Shown one piece after another: positions 1-12,715 of a DNA stretch of 64,000 bases. A program made the position numbers and the translations under genes. Each line of letters starts with the position of its first letter. Within the stretch, counting starts at the first letter, position 1. The notes beneath the pieces were generated by a model. It was given only the letters and a program-made list of their open reading frames with translations, had not been told where the DNA came from and searched no databases. Source of the DNA: Eledone cirrhosa (taxonomy: Eukaryota); contig OZ024756.1 in assembly GCA_964016885.1 (NCBI GenBank), positions 38,254,001-38,318,000 of the forward strand, given 5' to 3'.

Positions 1-1060
1 GTAATACCAACTGATATTTATATTATATTTATATTATTATATATTTCTGCCCCCTTTTTTTAATTTCTTTGTTAACGACAACCTTAAATATTTATCGCTT
101 ATCAATTCTAAGATTCAGAAAAGGTTCTATTTTGTGTTTCTTCAGTAATAATTAATGTTTTTTGTTTTTTTTTCTAATTGTATGAAGATTCTTCCCCCCC
201 CCCCCCTGTAATTCTGTCATTTTTTTCTCTTTTCTTTTACAAGATTTGAAAAAAAAATCATAAGCTGTGGGTGTATGTATGTGTGCGCACACGTATGTAT
301 ATGTGTGTGTGTGTATATAGATATATATATATGTGTTTGTGTGTGTGTATATATATACATACACACATATATGTATATAACTCAAGCATATAGTGCTATT
401 ATATATTTCATTTATGACTTTTTTCTTCTTCTGAATATCTTAGTTTGAAATTCTTTTATATTGAGAGAAATCGAGACGTTTTACTTCTATATAGCTAAAT
501 CTTTATATAGTCACATATACACACATACATATGTAAATGTATGTATGAAGTGCATTGAAATAGTCTACTGTGGTGTCAAGTTTTCTTCATGGCAGAAAAA
601 CACATGCGCATTGAAAAGCTCTTAATTATTGAATTTGGTTGATATTGTTTAAAAAATCTATTTATCTACAGATACACACATTTATATATATACGTGTGTG
701 TGTGTATATATAATAGTTAAAACCAACTAGTGTCTTAGTTTTAGATCTGTACATGTAGAGAGATGAAATGTTTTAAGTTAAACCAAATCTGTTGCATTCA
801 CTTTGGCAGAGTTAAATTTACTCGCTGTAACTTGAGGTGTAGTAATGAATTTTTTTCAATTAATCAAACATTTTATTATTATTACTATTATTATTATTAT
901 TATATTATTAATATATTAAAAATTTTTACTACATTTAAAAAAAATTTTTTTTTTTTTTTTACTTTTCGATAGTTAACATAAAGCTGTTCTTGATAAAAAT
1001 AAAAATGTTTGATTTGATAAATCCTTTAATTTAAATCCTTCCCGAATATTACGTATATAA

Positions 1061-1128
<68 letters not shown>

Positions 1129-1283
1129 GTGTGTGTGTATGTATGTATGTATGTGTGTGTATACATATATATTAATATATATGTGTGTGTGTATATATAT
1201 ATTAATATATGTGTGTGTGTGTGTATATATATTAATATATATGTGTGTGTGTGTGTATATATATATGTGTGTGTATATATATA

Positions 1284-1320
<37 letters not shown>

Positions 1321-2399
1321 CATAGTCTATTTTTTTTTACATTTTTGAAATTCAAAAATCGTAAAACGCACCGACTATATATTTAAATTAAAATTCTTCC
1401 TGCAACCGTTGCAACCCCCCCCCCCCCCCCATGCACCACTCTTTTACTATCCATCACATCCACCACCACCCTCTCTTTTCAACTGTTACATCATGGCTGG
1501 GTATATATATATATATATTTTCTTGTTAGTTTGTGAATTTCTTAAGGTGTTTTTTTTTCTTCTTTTTTTCCACACACCCCCTTTTTATTTAAACACTAGA
1601 AACCAGTTTTTAAAACTTTGTGATATTATATTTATATATATATATATGGTTTTTTTTATTAACGACTTTTTAAAAAATATAATGATACACATTCATTATG
1701 AACTTTTCAGTTTCGAGAAAAATTTATTTTATTTTTATTAAGTTTAGTAACATCAGCAAAAAATAGTTTTAAATAACTTTCTACATAGCTTCAACATAAT
1801 CAAATTAGTTTATTTAAGACTTTTACTTTCTTTTTTTTTTTATTAATAATTTCAGTGATATTTTATTTAAATATTTCTTTTTTTTTTCCCCTGTTGGAAA
1901 AGTCTTTATAGTTTTTGCTATAAAATATTTTGAAGAAAATGTTTTTACTATGATGAAGACAAATTTTTTATCTTTCTTTAAACAAAATATCTTGTTAAAT
2001 TCAGCATAATAGTGTTTAGTATATAACTTATCATCATAGAGGTTAGAAAAGTGCATGTATTCATACTTTGTGTGTATCAGTGTGTGTGCGCGTGCGTATC
2101 AGTGTGTGGGTATCATCATCATCATCCATCTGTTTTTCCATCCTGGCATGGGTTTGAGATATATATATATACATATATATAATGATAAACCTGGGAATTA
2201 AACAAATGAACAAATACGCATGCTGTCGTTGCAACAATTTTCATAGATAAATGGCAATAGTCGTTAGTAACATGAAGTAGTTAAACCACAAAAGTCACAC
2301 ATATTTCTCTCTCTTGCAACCAAATCCTGTGCCTGCTTCAATGCATCTTATCTTAAAGCTTTATCATTCAGCCTTTCGTCAACGTGGTAGGAGTGGCTT

Positions 2400-2606
2400 G
2401 GTCGCAGTACATGCGCAATGCATGCAACTGCAGTTTTAAGCAGCCCCACTGGTAGCACCTATTCAGTGCATAAATTCTCTGAAAGGAAAAATACTCGCCA
2501 TATTGGACAGACCTATATATATATATTTTTATATATATATATATATTTATATAAATATATATATATATATATATTATATATCCTTGTAAAAATGTTTTAA
2601 CGAAAG
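2400..2606 (+). promoter_or_regulatory. Candidate promoter 1 and non-coding first exon of the miRNA host transcript
   Basis: Unique CpG-containing sequence with an NRF1-like ACATGCGCA (2409-2417), an Inr-like TCAGT (~2463), a YY1-like CGCCATATT (~2496) and a strong donor AAG|GTAAGG at 2607. Confidence 0.45.
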
Positions 2607-3139
2607 GTAAGGCACACTGTTGATATTATATATTACACTTAGATTTTGAATTTATCTCCGAACACATTCAACAAATTATTTTCTCGCATTCGTTGCAATT
2701 GTATAAGTTAAAAAAAACTCCAACCATTGAAATATTTTCTCAAACATTTTATTTTGACGGACCCTTTAAAAAACAATTAGTTCCTATATACCATATAGTA
2801 CTTTTAGTATCAGTAAGTACTTAGTTACAGATTTTTTTTCTTTTCTCCTCTTTAGAAAATTCAAATATTTTTCTCAAATATAAACTTCACCATTAGTCGA
2901 AATAACTATTTTCTGTCGCTCCTCTTGTTATTTTTGTCACTTTGAAAAGTTTTTCCCATTTTTTGAAACATTACCACAACTACATTTTTTTCTCTCTTCC
3001 CTCTAAAATATATTTAGTTTTACAATACTTTAAACTTATAAGCATCTAATTAGCCACGGGCAATTGCAACAGGCGATAGATAGATTTACACATTCTAGAT
3101 TTAAATTTTTCTACATTTTCAGCAGATTTTCTTATTTAA

Positions 3140-3548
3140 AGAGTGGAAGTGATAGAAAACCTGCTATTCGAGGAAGTGGTCTGATAGAAGCACATGCGCA
3201 GTTATTCTCGTGTTCGCATTCTTTCACTAGCTTTTGCAGTCATATTATTTGTTGTATTAAAAACTTATATTTAATTATTTAATCTAAGAATTAGCATTTT
3301 ACATCCTCAATACATATATATATACATATATATATACATACACACATGTATATATATAATATACATATCAAATTATGCTTTAGAGTTTTCTTTAATAAGT
3401 CGCAAACGTTTACTGAAACGCCTCCTAATATCCCCGACCACACACACACACACACGTCTTTGCCGCCGTGTCATATGATTGCTGTTTCAAATCTTCATGA
3501 AGATCTACCACTTTAAAGAGATGTTGTAAATTACTGACCATATACACA
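3140..3548 (+). promoter_or_regulatory. Candidate promoter 2 and alternative non-coding first exon
   Basis: Two ETS-like GGAAGT (3145, 3172), an NRF1-like ACATGCGCA (3192-3200), CpG-containing unique sequence and a donor ACA|GTAAGG at 3549; only short uORFs upstream of the donor. Confidence 0.4.
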
Positions 3549-3734
3549 GTAAGGACTTTTCTAAGAGTATATATACACACACGCGCGCACACATATATAT
3601 ATTGTTTAGATTTTACCATTTTGATAACTATCATAATGGTAAAAGCTTAACAAATGGACACAAAATCCTTATAATATCTCTGTATAGAATATTAAGTTGA
3701 ATAATCGTCTCAACTAGTAACATCTATCTCTCTC

Positions 3735-3824
<90 letters not shown>

Positions 3825-3826
<2 letters not shown>

Positions 3827-3935
3827 GTGTCTCCCAGGAGAGGGATAGGCTTTGCTAGGTTTAAATTGCCCAAGACATGCGCTGTATGTCGCGACAGCGC
3901 CCCCTATAACTCCATCAGGAGTTATGGCCCCATGG
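3825..3935 (+). repeat. Unclassified interspersed repeat (other copies ~33165-33255, ~60385-60455)
   Basis: Shared TTTAAA-TG-CCAAGACA...AACTCCATC sequence in three places, with a small hairpin TAACTCC-ATCA-GGAGTTA in this copy. Confidence 0.55.
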
Positions 3936-3950
3936 ATGGATGTGATAATT

Positions 3951-4290
3951 ATATAAAACAATACTCTGGTAAGAAATGGTTTATCATTAGTAAAATATAT
4001 ATTTAAATCCTGGTTAGTGAATGTTTAACATGAACAATCTTAAAAATATAAAAATTGTAATTCTAAAATCATTGAAATTTACGCAACAGTTTTCAAAAAT
4101 AAAATCTAGTGATTCTAAAGCTGTACAACTCAGCTATATATATATGTTCAAATTTTTCTATGGAATAGCTTGTATTAATATATTTTTGAAAACTGTTGCA
4201 TAAATTTAAGTGATTTTAAAATTACAACAGGATTTAAATATATATTTTACTAATGGTAAACCATTTCTTACCATTATATTGTTTTATGTT
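3951..4290. mobile_element. Long imperfect inverted repeat / foldback MITE-like element
   Basis: 3951-4012 is the near reverse complement of 4228-4290, and 4054-4101 of 4181-4227. Confidence 0.75.
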
Positions 4291-4319
4291 AATACCCATT
4301 AGTTCTAACATTCCTTTAT

Positions 4320-4625
4320 CAGCCATGGTTAACGAGATGTGTGTGTGTGTGGGACACAGGTAATTAGACTTCTGAGTAAGCCATGGCTAACGAGACTTCT
4401 GTGTAAGCCATAGCTAACAAGACGTGCGTGTGTGACACAGGTAATATGGGTTTGTACGTGACTTCTGTGTAAGCCATAGCTAATGAGATGTGTGTGTGTG
4501 ACACAGGTAATGTCGTTTGTACGTGACACAGGTAACATACATGACTTCTGTGTAAGCCATGACTGAGCCGTGTGTGTATGTGTGTGTGACACAGGTAACA
4601 AGACTTGTGTAAGACATAGCTAACT
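4320..4625. repeat. Degenerate minisatellite
   Basis: Recurrent GTGTGACACAGGTAA and GACTTCTGTGTAAGCCATAGCTAA motifs. Confidence 0.7.
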
Positions 4626-4630
4626 AAATA

Positions 4631-4870
4631 TGAAGGTGTGTGGCTTAGTGGTTAGGATGTTGGATTCATGATCAAAAGGCTGTAGGTTCAATTTCTCTTC
4701 CAGGTAGTACATTGTGTTCTTGAGCGAGGTGCTTCATTTCACTTCACTCCAGTCTACTCAGCTTGAAACAAAAAAAAAAATGAGTATGTGCCATTAATAG
4801 GTGGGAGTTAACTCTTGCAAAAGACTGGCATCTCGTCCAACTGTTTCATGGTGGGACTGGGGGCCCCTCG
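4631..4870 (+). mobile_element. tRNA-derived SINE, family B (V-domain-like core), degenerate
   Basis: A box TGGCTTAGTGG, B box GGTTCAATT, core TTGTGTTCTTGAGC...CTTCATTTCAC shared with other copies. Confidence 0.7.
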
Positions 4871-5799
4871 TTAAAACACCTGTGAAAGCAATAGCAATAC
4901 AGTTAATAAAACTTGCATAAGCCATGTGCCAGTCATAGCCTGGCTAAAAGGGCCTCTTATTTTATGAAACAAATGATCTGTTTTAAAGGCTTCCTATATA
5001 TATATGTGTGTGTATATGTATATATCCATACGTTTAGATGGAAAAATGTACTCAATACTAAAGTAGAAAATATTGTATATTTTTCTATATTTTTGAGATT
5101 ATTTTCTCTTGTATATATTATAAAATGTGTGGTTTTTGTTATTTGTGTGTATAGATCACTCTGTGTTGTCTGTGTGTATATATTACATAATGTCCTACCC
5201 ATGCTAGCATGATGATGATGAATGGTTTCTCTTTGTTGTGTGTGTATCTAGATCACCCTTTGTTGTGTGTATATATAGATTACTCTCTGTTATTTGTGTG
5301 TGTGTGTGTATATATATATAATAGAGAATGCGTAGTTACTAGTTACTGCTACCTTGTATACAGGTTGTCCCACCTTGAGTTTTTCTATGAACTATGCCTC
5401 GTTTTCAAAAGTTGAAACTGAATCTGATGGTCATGTGTGCACATACATGCACACGCAACATGCACATACATAGCCGTGTGTTTATTGCACACACACACTA
5501 ATTCATGTATGTATCAACGTAGGTTTATCTCATACGCATGTAATAATTCATATGGGCGCACATTACTGTATGCTGAGCTCACACACATACGCAATAGTTC
5601 ACGTGCTCACATCAACATACATTTTATACACATATACCTGTATACACACACGATAGGTCACATTGCCATGTTCTTACCTCACGCACATAAATACGCATAC
5701 ACAATAGTTCACACATACACACATCAGCGAACACTTAGATTACTCAGACATCTTAGTCACGTTTTCACGCACAATTCAACATACTCTTACCCCGCATGC

Positions 5800-6150
5800 G
5801 CACACACACCATAGTTCATATGCGTGCACACCCTAGGTCACATGCGTGCACACCCTAGGTCACATGCATACACACCATAGTTCATATGCACGCGCATGCA
5901 CCATAGTGCACATGCACACACTCACACCATAGTTCATATGCACACATAACTCAAACACCATAGTTCATATGCGCACGCATGCACCATAGTTCACACACGC
6001 ACTCATGCACTGCCGTTGATATGCACACACATAGTTCGCATGCGCACTTACCATAGTTCACTTGCACACACACAGTTCACATGCGCACTCATACCACAGT
6101 TCACACGCGCACCATAGTTATATGCCCACACACTACAATTCACATATACA
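5800..6150. repeat. Imperfect minisatellite (CACCATAGTTCACATGC core)
   Basis: More than ten recurrences of CACCATAGTTCA(C/T)ATG in CA-rich sequence. Confidence 0.75.
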
Positions 6151-6514
6151 CACAAATTACATAATACTACACATGCATATCACAAATGTATACATACATC
6201 TTTACCCACATAGGCACAATCATACACACACACACACACACACACATGTACACTTATTTTCATATTTGTATGTTTGTGTAAGTATATGTATATATACATA
6301 TGCAGGTGTATATCTATTTATATGTAAATATGTATGTGTAGAAACACATTTACGTTTACACACATACATTTACACTTGTGGCCACAGACATACATATACA
6401 TACATGCTTGTACAAACCCTTACACATACGCACTAGCAAACTCATACATGCGTATCCGCGCACACAGTTTTAAAAAGTATATTACCAGTTATGTATATAT
6501 ATATATATATATAA

Positions 6515-6666
6515 TCATCATCATCATCGTTTAACGTCTATCTTCCACGCTAGCATGGGTTTAGACGGGAATTTGTCCTACTTGAGGCAAGATTGGTTGG
6601 GTGACCATGTCTCGCTCGTATAGGGCTGTCTGGCAGGTTTTCTACGACTGGATGCCCTTCCTAACA
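6515..6666 (-). mobile_element. SINE-like family C, 3' part with (GAT)n tail
   Basis: (CAT)n-CGTTTAACGTC...CTAGCATGGGTT...CTGGATGCCCTTCCTAACA; many copies in the window. Confidence 0.75.
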
Positions 6667-7128
6667 TATATATATATTGCCTGTACAGGTAATCAAAGTG
6701 TGTATACATCTTGACACCTTTTATATAATATTCTGTGTGTATGTATAATGTTATGTGCAGGAGTCTGTTGTAAAGTGTAGAGGTGGTTGTGGTAGTAATA
6801 GTGGTATAAGTGGAAGTAGTAATAGTAGTAGTAGTAGAACCAGTTACTTTAGTCTGGAGGTTTAGTAACAATGGCCTATTAAGTTAAACAGGATATTAGT
6901 ACTAACTCTTTTATCTTTATTCTTTATTAAGGTGACAAATTGCCAAGGGTGACAGGTAGAATCCGAGGTGGTTTTACATACTGAGCCCAAATCCCGCCCA
7001 GGTCGACTTTGCTTCTCATCCTTTTGGAGTTAAATTATTACCAGTCATGTACTGGGGTCGATGTAGCACAAATCGTTGGTCTAGTGTCTAAACTAGAAAT
7101 CATCATCATCATTATTATTATTATCAAG

Positions 7129-7252
7129 GGCCATATCACACTGAAAACACCGGTTTTCGTCCGATCACCGAAGTTAAGCAACATTGAGTCTAGTTAGTAC
7201 TTAGATCGGTGACCACTTGGGAAACCTAGGTGCTGTAAGCATTTAAAAAAAA
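7129..7252 (+). pseudogene. 5S rRNA processed pseudogene (5'-truncated, A-tailed)
   Basis: GGCCATATCAC...CGTCCGATCACCGAAGTTAAGCAAC...GTTAGTACTT...GGTGCTGTAAGCATTT matches metazoan 5S; lacks the first ~6 nt, carries several substitutions, is solitary and is followed by A8. Confidence 0.92.
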
Positions 7253-7254
7253 GT

Positions 7255-8120
7255 GGGGGCTGGATTGGCAGTATCGGTAGAGGGTCAGACACCATGCTTT
7301 GACGCATAGTTACGGCCCTTGCCATTCTGAGTTGAAATTCCGCCGAGGTTAACTTTGCTTTTCAGCTTTACGGGGTCGATAAAATAATGTACCAGTAATG
7401 CACTGAGGTTGATTTAATCAATTTTCCTCTCCCCGCAAATTGCTGGCCTTGTGCGAAAATTAAAAAGAATTAATATAACAGAAGACAATAAATTGAGTGA
7501 GTGAGCGCGAGACATGTTTAGTTGGTACTTAGTTATGTCCCTTTACAGCCCGCGCTTTGAAATTTGCTGAGGAGGTCGGCTTCACCTTTTGTTCTTCCAC
7601 AGCGTTCGATAAGTACTAGAGCTAATATAATCTATTTTTCCTTCCACCTTGAATTGCCCACCATTTGCCTGAATTAAAACCCATATTATTATTATTATTA
7701 TTAGGGCAGTGGATTGGCAGTATCAGGTAGTGACGGACAACATGCTTTGTGGCATAGAGTTATGTACCTTTATTTTCTGAGTTCAAATCTTGCCGGGGTT
7801 AGCTTTGCTTTTCATCCTTAATGGGGTTGATAGAATAAAGTACCAGTAAAAAACTGGAATTGATTTAATTAACTTTCCCCTCCCCTAAATTGTTGACCTT
7901 GTGACTAAATCGGAAACCATAATTATTAGGGCGGTTGATTTGTGGTATCAGCAGAGCTTCGGACAACATGCTCTGCAGCATATAGTTATGTCCCTTTACA
8001 TTCTGAGTTCAAATCCCATCGAGGTTAGCTTTGCCTTTTATCCATTTATGAGGGTTGATTTAATCAACTTCTCCCTCCCCAAGAATTGTTGGCCTTGCGC
8101 CTAAATCAGAAACCATTATT
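7255..8120 (+). mobile_element. Cluster of tRNA-derived SINE family A copies (Meta-domain-like core)
   Basis: Head GGATTGGCAGTATCGG (A box) ... GAGTTCAAATCC (B box), core CTTTGCCTTTCATCCTTACGGGGTCGATAAAATAAAGTACCAG, tail GCTGGCCTTGTGCC...AGAAAC(ATT)n; copies at ~7255-7470, ~7703-7925, ~7928-8120. Confidence 0.85.
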
Positions 8121-8129
8121 TTAATAAAT

Positions 8130-8520
8130 CTTAGTTTCATTGTGTGTTGTCACAGCATTACCGAGCACAGATATATCTGCCTTGGCTGTCTGCAGTTTTG
8201 CTTTTGGTGGTTTGGTTTCTATTGTTTCTTATTATTTTCGTGTATGTTATGTTGTGTATGGTGTGTGTGTAATGTGAGTTGTGTTATTTTATTAGGTAGT
8301 GAATATATGTGTCTTAGTATCAGGTGTGTTGTGTGGCTTGTATAGCCTTATTTCTTTGTTAATGTGCAGTACCTAGTTAGTGCTATTTTTTCTATATTCT
8401 GCATATATTTGTAAGTCCTGACGTTTTAGTTATGTCTATCATGTGGGTGTGTGGGATTTTTCTGTATCATTCCCAGAGCATTTATTATTTTAGAAATTGT
8501 TTCTGTATACTTCCTGCATT
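8130..8520 (-). mobile_element. R4/Dong-like (REL endonuclease) non-LTR retrotransposon 3' fragment
   Basis: The minus strand reads as degenerate ETI..II.ALGMI...EKIAL.GTAHI, typical of the C-terminus of these ORFs, followed by a 3' UTR; part of the UTR recurs at ~12455-12612. Confidence 0.6.
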
Positions 8521-8850
8521 ATTCTGGGTGGTAGATTGAAGTGTCAAAAAGTCTTTCACAGTATTTCTTATGGTTCTTTGTTCTGAGTTGAAATTCCACT
8601 GGTGTCAACTATACCTCTAATCCCTCTGGAAGGGATTGGGTTGATAAATTAAAGTACCAGTAATGCACTGGGGTAATTGCTGGCCTTGTGCCAAAAGTAG
8701 AAACAATTATTATTATTAAGGGGTTAATAAAAATAAAGCACCAGTAATGCACTGGGGTTGGTTTAATCGACTTTCCCCTCTCTTCAAAATTGCTGGCCCT
8801 GTGCCTATATAAGAAACCGTTATTATTATTATGACAGTCGAGAGCATTGA

Positions 8851-11800
8851 ACGGTAGATACAGCAGTGTCAGTCATGGGTAATGGTAGATACAGCAGTGT
8901 CAGTCATGGGTAATGGTAGATACAGCAGTGTCGGTCATGGGTAATGGTAGATACAGCAGTGTCAGTCATGGGTAATGGTAGATACAGCAGTGTCAGTCAT
9001 GGGTAATGGTAGATACAGCAGTGTCGGTCATGGGTAATGGTAGATACAGCAGTGTCAGTCATGGGTAATGGTAGATACAGCAGTGTCAGTCATGGGTAAT
9101 GGTAGATACAGCAGTGTCAGTCATGGGTAATGGTAGATACAGCAGTGTCGGTCATGGGTAATGGTAGATACAGCAGTGTCAGTCATGGGTAATGGTAGAT
9201 ACAGCAGTGTCAGTCATGGGTAATGGTAGATACAGCAGTGTCAGTCATGGGTAATGGTAGATACAGCAGTGTCAGTCATGGGTAATGGTAGATACAGCAG
9301 TGTCAGTCATGGGTAATGGTAGATACAGCAGTGTCAGTCATGGGTAATGGTAGATACAGCAGTGTCAGTCATGGGTAATGGTAGATACAGCAGTGTCAGT
9401 CATGGGTAATGGTAGATACAGCAGTGTCAGTCATGGGTAATGGTAGATACAGCAGTGTCAGTCATGGGTAATGGTAGATACAGCAGTGTCAGTCATGGGT
9501 AATGGTTGATACAGCAGTGTCAGTCATGGGTAATGGTAGATACAGCAGTGTCAGTCATGGGTAATGGTAGATACAGCAGTGTCAGTCATGGGTAATGGTA
9601 GATACAGCAGTGTCAGTCATGGGTAATGGTAGATACAGTAGTGTCAGTCATGGGTAATGGTAGATACAGCAGTGTCAGTCATGGGTAATGGTAGATACAG
9701 CAGTGTCAGTCATGGGTAATGGTAGATACAGCAGTGTCAGTCATGGGTAATGGTAGATACAGTAGTGTCAGTCATGGGTAATGGTAGATACAGCAGTGTC
9801 AGTCATGGGTAATGGTAGATACAGCAGTGTCAGTCATGGGTAATGGTAGATACAGCAGTGTCAGTCATGGGTAATGGTAGATACAGCAGTGTCAGTCATG
9901 GGTAATGGTAGATACAGCAGTGTCGGTCATGGGTAATGGTAGATACAGCAGTGTCAGTCATGGGTAATGGTAGATACAGCAGTGTCGGTCATGGGTAACG
10001 GTAGATACAGTAGTGTCAGTCATGGGTAATGGTAGATACAGTAGTGTCAGTCATGGGTAATGGTAGATACAGCAGTGTCAGTCATGGGTAATGGTAGATA
10101 CAGCAGTGTCAGTCATGGGTAATGGTAGATACAGCAGTGTCAGTCATGGGTAATGGTAGATACAGCAGTGTCAGTCATGGGTAATGGTAGATACAGCAGT
10201 GTCGGTCATGGGTAATGGTAGATACAGTAGTGTCAGTCATGGGTAATGGTAGATACAGTAGTGTCAGTCATGGGTAATGGTAGATACAGCAGTGTCAGTC
10301 ATGGGTAATGGTAGATACAGCAGTGTCAGTCATGGGTAATGGTAGATACAGCAGTGTCAGTCATGGGTAATGGTAGATACAGCAGTGTCGGTCATGGGTA
10401 ATGGTAGATACAGCAGTGTCGGTCATGGGTAATGGTTGATACAGCAGTGTCAGTCATGGGTAATGGTAGATACAGCAGTGTCAGTCATGGGTAATGGTAG
10501 ATACAGCAGTGTCAGTCATGGGTAATGGTAGATACAGCAGTGTCAGTCATGGGTAATGGTAGATACAGCAGTGTCAGTCATGGGTAATGGTAGATACAGC
10601 AGTGTCAGTCATGGGTAATGGTAGATACAGCAGTGTCAGTCATGGGTAATGGTAGATACAGCAGTGTCGGTCATGGGTAATGGTAGATACAGCAGTGTCA
10701 GTCATGGGTAATGGTAGATACAGCAGTGTCAGTCATGGGTAATGGTAGATACAGCAGTGTCAGTCATGGGTAATGGTAGATACAGCAGTGTCAGTCATGG
10801 GTAATGGTAGATACAGCAGTGTCGGTCATGGGTAATGGTAGATACAGCAGTGTCAGTCATGGGTAATGGTAGATACAGCAGTGTCAGTCATGGGTAATGG
10901 TAGATACAGCAGTGTCAGTCATGGGTAATGGTAGATACAGCAGTGTCAGTCATGGGTAATGGTAGATACAGCAGTGTCAGTCATGGGTAACGGTAGATAC
11001 AGCAGTGTCAGTCATGGGTAATGGTAGATACAGCAGTGTCAGTCATGGGTAATGGTAGATACAGTAGTGTCAGTCATGGGTAATGGTAGATACAGCAGTG
11101 TCGGTCATGGGTAATGGTAGATACAGCAGTGTCAGTCATGGGTAATGGTAGATACAGCAGTGTCAGTCATGGGTAATGGTAGATACAGCAGTGTCAGTCA
11201 TGGGTAATGGTAGATACAGCAGTGTCAGTCATGGGTAATGGTAGATACAGTAGTGTCAGTCATGGGTAATGGTAGATACAGCAGTGTCGGTCATGGGTAA
11301 TGGTAGATACAGCAGTGTCAGTCATGGGTAATGGTAGATACAGCAGTGTCAGTCATGGGTAATGGTAGATACAGCAGTGTCAGTCATGGGTAATGGTAGA
11401 TACAGCAGTGTCAGTCATGGGTAATGGTAGATACAGCAGTGTCAGTCATGGGTAATGGTAGATACAGCAGTGTCAGTCATGGGTAATGGTAGATACAGCA
11501 GTGTCAGTCATGGGTAATGGTAGATACAGCAGTGTCAGTCATGGGTAATGGTAGATACAGCAGTGTCAGTCATGGGTAATGGTAGATACAGCAGTGTCAG
11601 TCATGGGTAACGGTAGATACAGCAGTGTCAGTCATGGGTAATGGTAGATACAGCAGTGTCAGTCATGGGTAATGGTAGATACAGTAGTGTCAGTCATGGG
11701 TAATGGTAGATACAGCAGTGTCGGTCATGGGTAATGGTAGATACAGCAGTGTCAGTCATGGGTAATGGTAGATACAGCAGTGTCAGTCATGGGTAATGGT

Positions 11801-12080
11801 AGATACAGCAGTGTCAGTCATGGGTAATGGTAGATACAGCAGTGTCAGTCATGGGTAATGGTAGATACAGTAGTGTCAGTCATGGGTAATGGTAGATACA
11901 GCAGTGTCGGTCATGGGTAATGGTAGATACAGCAGTGTCAGTCATGGGTAATGGTAGATACAGCAGTGTCAGTCATGGGTAATGGTAGATACAGCAGTGT
12001 CAGTCATGGGTAATGGTAGATACAGCAGTGTCAGTCATGGGTAACGGTAGATACAGCAGTGTCAGTCATGGGTAATGGTA
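8851..12080. repeat. 31-bp minisatellite, ~104 copies
   Basis: Unit GGTAGATACAGCAGTGTCAGTCATGGGTAAT with few single-base variants. Confidence 0.98.
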
Positions 12081-12715
12081 TATTAGTTATGTCGCTTTAC
12101 AGTTGAAAATTTCAATTCTCGTTGAGGTTGACTTAGCCTTTCATCTTCCCAGGGTTGACAGAATAAACTAGTAGTCAAGTACTGTAATTCCTGATATACT
12201 ATACATGCACCTTTGATGAGTTGTAGTGCACCTGAGCACTGTACACAATAATTATCAATATTATTATTATTATATGTGATCAACTATACTCTCTCTCTCT
12301 CTCTCTCATGTCTGTTACAAACTATTATTTTTTCAAGAGTGTCATGTGTATATCTACTGCATCACCTGATGCACCTGAAGTGGTGCAGTATTGTATGTTC
12401 TTATTTTAGTGTGCAGATGTTGGAGTATAGACCCCCCCCCCCCCCCCCATCAGTCTTGTTTTGTTATGGGTTTTTTAGTTTGTTGTTTCTTATTATTTTC
12501 GTGTATGTTATGTTGTGTATGGTGTGTGTGTGTAATGTGAGTTGTGTTATTTTATTAGGTAGTGAATATATGTGTCTTAGTATCAGGTGTGTTGTGTGGC
12601 TTGTATAGCCTTATTGTTAGTATTATAAGCACACTAGTACACCATCTATTGTCTTACTAACAGAATGACTAATGTTTGCTCTCTTCACCATAATTTAATA
12701 ATAATAATAATAATG

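Noticed and set aside
7129-7244. Functional 5S rRNA gene
   Set aside because: 5'-truncated, substituted, A-tailed and not in a tandem array
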